From: Planctomycetota bacterium
GTDB taxonomy: Bacteria > Planctomycetota > UBA1135 > UBA2386
Assembly: GCA_947501605.1 (NCBI GenBank)
Contig: CANMWZ010000012.1
Span: 42,795-106,794, forward strand
Length of the DNA: 64,000 nucleotides
Direction of reading: 5' to 3'
Positions 58,801 through 64,000 of this stretch are shown here, piece by piece (within the stretch, counting starts at the first letter, position 1; each line of letters starts with the position of its first letter). The position numbers and the translations under genes are program-made. The notes under the pieces were generated by a model. The model ran no database searches and had not been told where the DNA came from. It saw nothing but the letters and a program-made list of their open reading frames with translations.

Positions 58801-59997
58801 CTAGCGGAGCTTCTTCTGCAGGTACTTCTCGACCTCGTCCTGCTGCTTGCCGAGGACCGCTTGCAGTGTTTTCACCGCCTTCTCGATGGCCGGCCCCTTC
58901 TCCTGTTGAAAGGCCTCTGTGATTGCAACCATCGCTGCCGTGGCGTCCTTTTCGCCGCCCGCGGTGCAGTAGTCGATCAACAGCCCGGCCTGGGTCAGGT
59001 TTGAACTGATGGCGTCCGGTTCCATGTCGCCGTCGATGCTGTAGCCCTTGAACCACTTGTCGAGGTTCTTCATGCCACCGGCTTTCGCCATCGACTGGCA
59101 GAACCATGTGCCCGTGTTCGCGGTTTCGAAACGGCTCCCGAGAGACGCCATACCGTGGAGAAACCACATGGGTACTTCGCAGTCGCTCGAAACGCAGAGG
59201 CCATTGACGTAGGCCAAGCCAACGGCGTGTGGCACGTAGTAGGGGCCCCAACTCTCGTCCCACATACAGACCGCGGGGCGCAACTCACTCTGGTTCTGCA
59301 AGTTCACCTTCGCTTCTTCGCGCGCGAGGAAGGCGCCATAGGCCGAGGTCTCGTCACCGATGCGCTTGCCGTAGTCTACGAACTGATCCTGGGTGGCTGC
59401 GACGATGATTGTCGGCCGCGAAGTTGGCAGTGGCTCGGAAAGGCCAACAACGGGTCGCAAGCGGGTGATCGCGCGGTCTGCGTGTTCGCGAAGCGCCTCG
59501 ATCTTCGCGATCGGCAGCGTGCTGACCAGCACGTAGTACTGCGTCGTCAGCACCCAAGGCTGGTCGATCTCAGAGTGGAACTTGTCTGCGTCCTTCTCTT
59601 CGACCCAGCGCTGATCCGGACCGATTGGAAATGAACGGCCCCGCGCGCGGTCGAGTGCGTCTGCGGCAATCAGCTCACCGGTGATGGGGTGGCGGACTTT
59701 GCCTGCGCTCATCGCGCGGTATTCGTCCTTCGTCACTCGCTGGTTGTCGAAGTGAAAGAGGCCCCGCTTCGCATCCGCGACATGATCCTTTGCGACCCAC
59801 TCCCCGCCGACTTCGACAAGTCCCTTCGCCTTCATCTCCTCGGCCCTTTTCGCAGCTTCGGCCTTGGCTGGCTCCTGCTCACTCTTCGCCGCGGCTTTGG
59901 TTGCCTCCTTGGGCTTCTGTGCTTCCTTTGCAGGCTTTTGCGCGTCGAGCGAACTGACGAAGAACGACAGCAGGACGATGCAGAACTTGGATCGCAT
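58801..59997 (-). CDS. Exported hypothetical protein, degenerate peptidase-MA-like
   Basis: Signal peptide, GLVEVGGEWV-type repeats, HAVGL...PMWFLHGMA in place of HExxH...PxWFxEG. Confidence 0.6.
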   Translation of the reverse strand: MRSKFCIVLLSFFVSSLDAQKPAKEAQKPKEATKAAAKSEQEPAKAEAAKRAEEMKAKGLVEVGGEWVAKDHVADAKRGLFHFDNQRVTKDEYRAMSAGKVRHPITGELIAADALDRARGRSFPIGPDQRWVEEKDADKFHSEIDQPWVLTTQYYVLVSTLPIAKIEALREHADRAITRLRPVVGLSEPLPTSRPTIIVAATQDQFVDYGKRIGDETSAYGAFLAREEAKVNLQNQSELRPAVCMWDESWGPYYVPHAVGLAYVNGLCVSSDCEVPMWFLHGMASLGSRFETANTGTWFCQSMAKAGGMKNLDKWFKGYSIDGDMEPDAISSNLTQAGLLIDYCTAGGEKDATAAMVAITEAFQQEKGPAIEKAVKTLQAVLGKQQDEVEKYLQKKLR

Positions 59998-60073
59998 GTG
60001 GCTGGCTCGCGGGTGGATCGCGGTGCGGGACGTTCTGGCGGAACCGACTCGGTCGCGAAAGGGGCGCAGTGGC

Positions 60074-60664
60074 TTACTGGACCGAGCGCCTATTGTCAGG
60101 GGCGAATCGCTGCCAGGAGTCGAGCCGCTGACTCGGGCGCAGGTTGACGTAGGGAGTCCAGCGCGGGCGGCATGGCGGACGAAGCAGGCGTAGCCCTGTT
60201 TCCTTGAGTGACCGGTCGGCTTTCCGCGCGTTGCAGGTCACGCAGGCCAACACGCAGTTCTCCCAGGTGGTTCGGCCACCGCGCGACCGAGGCATCACGT
60301 GGTCGACACTCAACCGGTCCGAGCTCGTCTGACGCCCGCAGTACTGGCAAGTGAAGTCGTCACGCAAGAACAGGTTGCGGCGGGTAAACGGTGCCTCGTG
60401 GCATGGCACACGGTCGTAGCCGCGCAAGACGATGACCTCTGGAACGGGAATCCGCAGCGACGGCGACCGCACGAACAGCCTCGTCGGCGGCTCGAGGAGC
60501 CTCACCCATTCTTCGAAGCCGTAGATGGCGAGGGTGTCGGGAGCGACTACGCGAGCAACGTCACGAACGAGCATGCACAGGGCTCGCCGAGCAGTCGTGA
60601 CGTGAATGGGCATCCAAGAACGGTTCAGCACGAGAGCGGAACGCTCCAGCAACTGCGCTCGCAT
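60074..60664 (-). CDS. HNH endonuclease (McrA-like)
   Basis: ALVLNRSW, TRRNLFLRD, CQYC, DHVMPRSRGG..WEN...CVTCN. Confidence 0.92.
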   Translation of the reverse strand: MRAQLLERSALVLNRSWMPIHVTTARRALCMLVRDVARVVAPDTLAIYGFEEWVRLLEPPTRLFVRSPSLRIPVPEVIVLRGYDRVPCHEAPFTRRNLFLRDDFTCQYCGRQTSSDRLSVDHVMPRSRGGRTTWENCVLACVTCNARKADRSLKETGLRLLRPPCRPRWTPYVNLRPSQRLDSWQRFAPDNRRSVQ

Positions 60665-60757
60665 GGCATTCTCGGTCTGGTGCATCGCCGTATCCGCCGT
60701 AGTCCGGCGACAGTCTAGTCCCGACCTTAGATGCGGCAATGCCCCCTGATTGGTCCG

Positions 60758-60786
60758 TTGCCCCGAGCCGTGCATCTGGCTACAAT
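60758..60786 (+). promoter_or_regulatory. Sigma70-type promoter
   Basis: TTGCCC-17 nt-TACAAT, ending 38 nt before ATG 60825. Confidence 0.5.
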
Positions 60787-60824
60787 CGCGCGGTTCCACC
60801 CGCGCCCACCTGCTTCTCCAGCGC

Positions 60825-61256
60825 ATGAACTTGAATTTTGCCATCTGCGGCTTGCTCTCCGTCCTGCTCGCGTTCGGTTTCGGCGCCTGCCAGTCCGTCG
60901 AGACGGATCACAGTGGTGACCTCGGAACGTCGGCGGTCCAGTTTCAGGATCTTGCCGTGCCCGCCGGAATGAAGCTGGTCGAGCGCTTCCACGAGAGTCA
61001 CTCCCGCGAAGCTGGCGGTTGGCGCTACGGGCACTTTGAGTACATCGGTCAGACGACCCTGCAGGATGCATGCGCGCACTTGCTGGATCGAATGCCGCAG
61101 CACAACTGGCAACTCTCCACCGACGATGCATCGCAGGTAGCAGTGCGACACCTGCAGTTCAAGCGGGGCACCTACGTGGTCGACTACCGGCTCGAACGCA
61201 TTGACGGCGAGACGCACATGGTCATCGACTACGACACCAAAGTCGAAGGCCGCTGA
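60825..61256 (+). CDS. Hypothetical lipoprotein
   Basis: Lipobox FGAC; QFQDLAVPAGM. Confidence 0.7.
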   Translation: MNLNFAICGLLSVLLAFGFGACQSVETDHSGDLGTSAVQFQDLAVPAGMKLVERFHESHSREAGGWRYGHFEYIGQTTLQDACAHLLDRMPQHNWQLSTDDASQVAVRHLQFKRGTYVVDYRLERIDGETHMVIDYDTKVEGR

Positions 61257-61277
61257 CCTTCTACCCACCATCTCTAC

Positions 61278-62477
61278 ATGACTGCCTCACCTCCACAGGG
61301 CCTCGCAGGCTCCTCGGCTCCTAGTGCCATCGAAATCCTCTGGGAACGCTATAAGCGCCTTGTCCAGGCTGCTTTCTGGCTACTGATCCTAGGCATGCTT
61401 GGGTTTTACGGCCTGAAGTACTACCAGCAGACTCAGCTCAACAAGAAATGGGGGGAGTTCTCCGCTTCGACGCTGCTGAGTTCGACCTACAGCCCAGTGA
61501 ACGGCGACCCACGCAATGCCAGTAGCTTTGAGGCTGTCGGGACGATGCTCGACGAGTTGCGAGACACCCCGGAGGCGCACTTTGACAGCGCCTTGGCCAA
61601 GGCGGACGCCGCACAGAAGCCCTACCTGCTCTGGCTGAAGGCCTGCCGGGCCGCCCGTGTCGGCGACCTCGATGTGGCAACCAAGGCTGTGGCCCTGCTT
61701 AAGGCTGAGTATCCCAAGCACCCGTTGTGCGCCGAGTCGGGCTTTCCCGTCCAGGTTCGGCAGCGTGTCGAGAAGCCGGATACCGAAGTCAAGAAGCCCG
61801 AGGCCAAGGACGAGGAACCGGAACTGAAGCCAGCCCTTGCCGGCTCATCAGTCGAGTTGCTCCTCCAGAACCTCAAGGCTGCCAAGGAGTTCGTGGCGCC
61901 AACGCAGTTTGTGCAGCCGACCATTCCTGCCGATGCGCCGCGCTATCGGATCAGCCTTGAAGGCGAGTACGGTGAGTTCGTAATCGCACTAATGACCGCG
62001 AAGGCACCGAAGACGTGCGCCAAGTTTGAGGAGTTGGCCGCCCAGGGCTACTGGGAGGGCGTCAAAGTCGACGAGATCGTCCGGCCTGGCTCGCGGCGCA
62101 ACCGCTTCATGGAGCCGACACGCGAGTTCCACTTCGGCTTCGAATCGACCAAGACAGAGGCGAACCGCACGGACTGGGACACATCGACGGCCAGTAAGGA
62201 AGAGCGCACGGTCGAGGAGTTCACAGGCCTGAGCCACTTCCCGGGAGCCGTCGCGGCGCGCATGCGAGACGGCAAGTCGGAAGTGGACCGCCTCTACATC
62301 TGCGAGTCGGACTCTCCGAGCCAGGACGAACAACGCCAGGTGTTCGCGTTCGTCGTCGAAGGCCTCGAGTCGGTTCGCAAAGTCTGCGACGCCAGCTACG
62401 ACCGATCCGAGGACGAAGAGATGGGCCGCGGCCGTCCCGCCGAGAACATCGCGGTAAAGTCCGTCAAGAAGCTCTAG
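61278..62477 (+). CDS. Membrane-anchored protein with degenerate cyclophilin-type PPIase domain
   Basis: N-terminal TM; GEFVIAL...APKTC.KF..L...GYWEG, HFPGAVA, VFAFVVEGLESVRKV. Confidence 0.7.
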   Translation: MTASPPQGLAGSSAPSAIEILWERYKRLVQAAFWLLILGMLGFYGLKYYQQTQLNKKWGEFSASTLLSSTYSPVNGDPRNASSFEAVGTMLDELRDTPEAHFDSALAKADAAQKPYLLWLKACRAARVGDLDVATKAVALLKAEYPKHPLCAESGFPVQVRQRVEKPDTEVKKPEAKDEEPELKPALAGSSVELLLQNLKAAKEFVAPTQFVQPTIPADAPRYRISLEGEYGEFVIALMTAKAPKTCAKFEELAAQGYWEGVKVDEIVRPGSRRNRFMEPTREFHFGFESTKTEANRTDWDTSTASKEERTVEEFTGLSHFPGAVAARMRDGKSEVDRLYICESDSPSQDEQRQVFAFVVEGLESVRKVCDASYDRSEDEEMGRGRPAENIAVKSVKKL

Positions 62478-62493
62478 CGCAGTTCGGGGTTCC

Positions 62494-62518
62494 GCCGGTC
62501 GCGTGTTGCGCGGCCGGC
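62494..62518 (+). terminator. GC-rich hairpin after the cyclophilin-like gene (possible terminator, no U-tract)
   Basis: GCCGGTCGCG-TGTTG-CGCGGCCGGC: 10-bp stem with one G-U pair. Confidence 0.35.
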
Positions 62519-62675
62519 AGTCGAGCCCGGCGTAAGGGGGAGCAGGGGAGGATGCCGCTGGGCTATTGCGACCAGCGTCCGGAGCGCCCACACCGAGATT
62601 GCGGCGGAGCCAGGGGGGCAACAGTGTGTAAGTACACTGCAGCCAACATCCTACGCCCCCACTTACCGCTACGGT

Positions 62676-63638
62676 TCAGCTCTCTTTGAGCCGCGCGTAG
62701 ATACGTTCAAACTCCTCCCGCCCGGCACATGTGATCTCAATCACCGAGGACCTGCGGCCGTACTTGACCTTGATGCTCGTGCTGAAGGTCTCCATCAGCG
62801 TCTCCTCGATCTCCTTGAGCCACGCGGCTTTCACTTGCGATGCGTTTCGTCTCTTGGCGGGAGAACTGGCTGGCAAGCCGACAGCGTGCTGTCGGACCAG
62901 CTCTTCAAGGGCGCGCACCGAATGCGACTGTCGAATGACCTCGTCCGCGAGCTTAGTCTGCAGCTGTGGATCCTTGATCGCGAGCAGGGCTCGGGCATGC
63001 CCCATCGACAATGTTCCACGTGAAACATGCTGTTGGACCTCCGGGGCCAGGTCGAGCAATCGCATGAGGTTGGCGACGGTGGAACGATCCAAACCCACTC
63101 TCTGTGCAACCTCTTCCTGCTTCGCCCCCAGTTGCGCCTGAAGCTGTCGGAAAGCCGTAGCCTTCTCGATCGCGTTAAGATCCTCACGCTGGAGATTCTC
63201 AACCAGTGCGAAGACGGCAGATTCCTGGTCGGTTGTGGCGCGAAAGATGACCGGGACTTCGACCAGGCCAGCCAGCTTTGCCGCCCGCCAGCGTCGTTCA
63301 CCGGCCACGATCTGCATGCTCGTGCCGACTCGCCGCGCAAGGATGGGCTGCAGGACGCCGCTTTCCTTGATCGACTGAGTCAGTTCCGTGAGGTCGCTCT
63401 GGTCGATGTCTGTGCGAGGCTGGTAGGGATTGGCAACAAGGCTGCCAACCGCCACCATGAGCAGCTCGCTACCGGGAACCACCTGGGCCGGCAGTGTAGC
63501 AATGGGCTCAGCCGGTCTCGTCTCCGATGGACCAGCGACCAGCGGTGCCTGCGGCGCTGCTGGCGCCGGCGGAGTCACCCCGCGGTTCGAAGGTGACAGG
63601 AAGAAATCGAGACCTCTACCGAGCTTGCGGTCCACCAT
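62676..63638 (-). CDS. parB: Chromosome partitioning protein ParB
   Basis: LGRGL, NPYQPR, GVLQPI, IVAGERRWRA, ENLQREDL, HTH, GHARALL. Confidence 0.97.
   Translation of the reverse strand: MVDRKLGRGLDFFLSPSNRGVTPPAPAAPQAPLVAGPSETRPAEPIATLPAQVVPGSELLMVAVGSLVANPYQPRTDIDQSDLTELTQSIKESGVLQPILARRVGTSMQIVAGERRWRAAKLAGLVEVPVIFRATTDQESAVFALVENLQREDLNAIEKATAFRQLQAQLGAKQEEVAQRVGLDRSTVANLMRLLDLAPEVQQHVSRGTLSMGHARALLAIKDPQLQTKLADEVIRQSHSVRALEELVRQHAVGLPASSPAKRRNASQVKAAWLKEIEETLMETFSTSIKVKYGRRSSVIEITCAGREEFERIYARLKES
63012..63027. promoter_or_regulatory. parS centromere site inside parB
   Basis: TGTTCCACGTGAAACA, a 15/16 match to the TGTTTCACGTGAAACA consensus. Confidence 0.88.
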
Positions 63639-64000
63639 CGCACACCTCTCTGATCAATTCGCCGTAGCAAAACGCTGCTTTCGAGCCGGGAGCATACTGG
63701 AAGACGGACACCCCATGGCTTGCGGCTTCGACAAGAGCCGAGTCGCGCAGGATGACCGTCTCAAACACCACATCCTTTAGGTGGGCCCGAAGGCTTGCGA
63801 CGACCTCATTGCAGATCTGTTCGCGCGTATCCACCATGGTCGCCACGACGCCGAGAAGCCGGCAGCTGTCCTTCGCACTCTCGAGGGTGGCGAGGATCTG
63901 CGACAAGCCATGCATGGCGAGGAACTCTGCCTGCACTGGTACCAGAACCTGCTGACACAACTGCAAGCCAGCCCGACCCCAGGCATCCATCCGCGGCGGG
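63616..64000 (-). CDS. parA: ParA/Soj ATPase, 3' part (5' end beyond window)
   Basis: PP, VLVPVQAEFLAMHGL, GVVATM, I.R...L.EA.SHG; directly upstream of and overlapping parB. Confidence 0.9.
   Translation of the reverse strand, partial: PPRMDAWGRAGLQLCQQVLVPVQAEFLAMHGLSQILATLESAKDSCRLLGVVATMVDTREQICNEVVASLRAHLKDVVFETVILRDSALVEAASHGVSVFQYAPGSKAAFCYGELIREVCDGGPQAR

Noticed and set aside
60074..60664. HNH gene as a mobile element, homing endonuclease or defence island
   Set aside because: No flanking repeats, intron context, methylase or transposase; looks like a common stand-alone HNH.

Overview
High-GC, gene-dense chromosomal segment, most likely from a member of the Planctomycetota (DUF1501 + PSD1/PSCyt2 pair, BatA/vWA/prenyltransferase cluster). 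It ends in parA-parB with a parS site inside parB, so it may lie near the origin. I found no rRNA, tRNA, CRISPR array, IS element or prophage. Left to right: partial BtuF/HmuT-like binding protein, secreted alpha/beta hydrolase, MacAB-like ABC exporter, Cys-rich lipoprotein + DUF3179 pair, membrane protein/wHTH regulator/ispH module with two matching operator palindromes, a large modular HExxH metallopeptidase, DUF1501/PSD1, PPK2, and a CstB-like persulfide dioxygenase-rhodanese fused in frame to a Prx6-type peroxiredoxin. Next is a tightly coupled 11-gene, 19 kb envelope operon (beta-propeller, prenyltransferase-fold, BatA-vWA, vWA, coiled-coil proteins, NPCBM, then one active and two Ser->Tyr pseudo-HtrA proteases) with a divergent HEAT/propeller gene. 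The rest is a housekeeping run (M48, SDR, lemA, dapF, beta-CASP nuclease, rnhC), exported hypotheticals and pseudo-enzymes, HNH and parB/parA. Best candidates for new biology: the envelope operon with a possible heteromeric HtrA, the sulfur-oxidase/peroxiredoxin fusion, a window-wide Gln just after the signal peptide in exported proteins, the ACTTTG-N5-CAAAGT regulon, and a structured intergenic element downstream of parB. All family calls come from motif recognition by eye, not database searches; starts were adjusted by hand.
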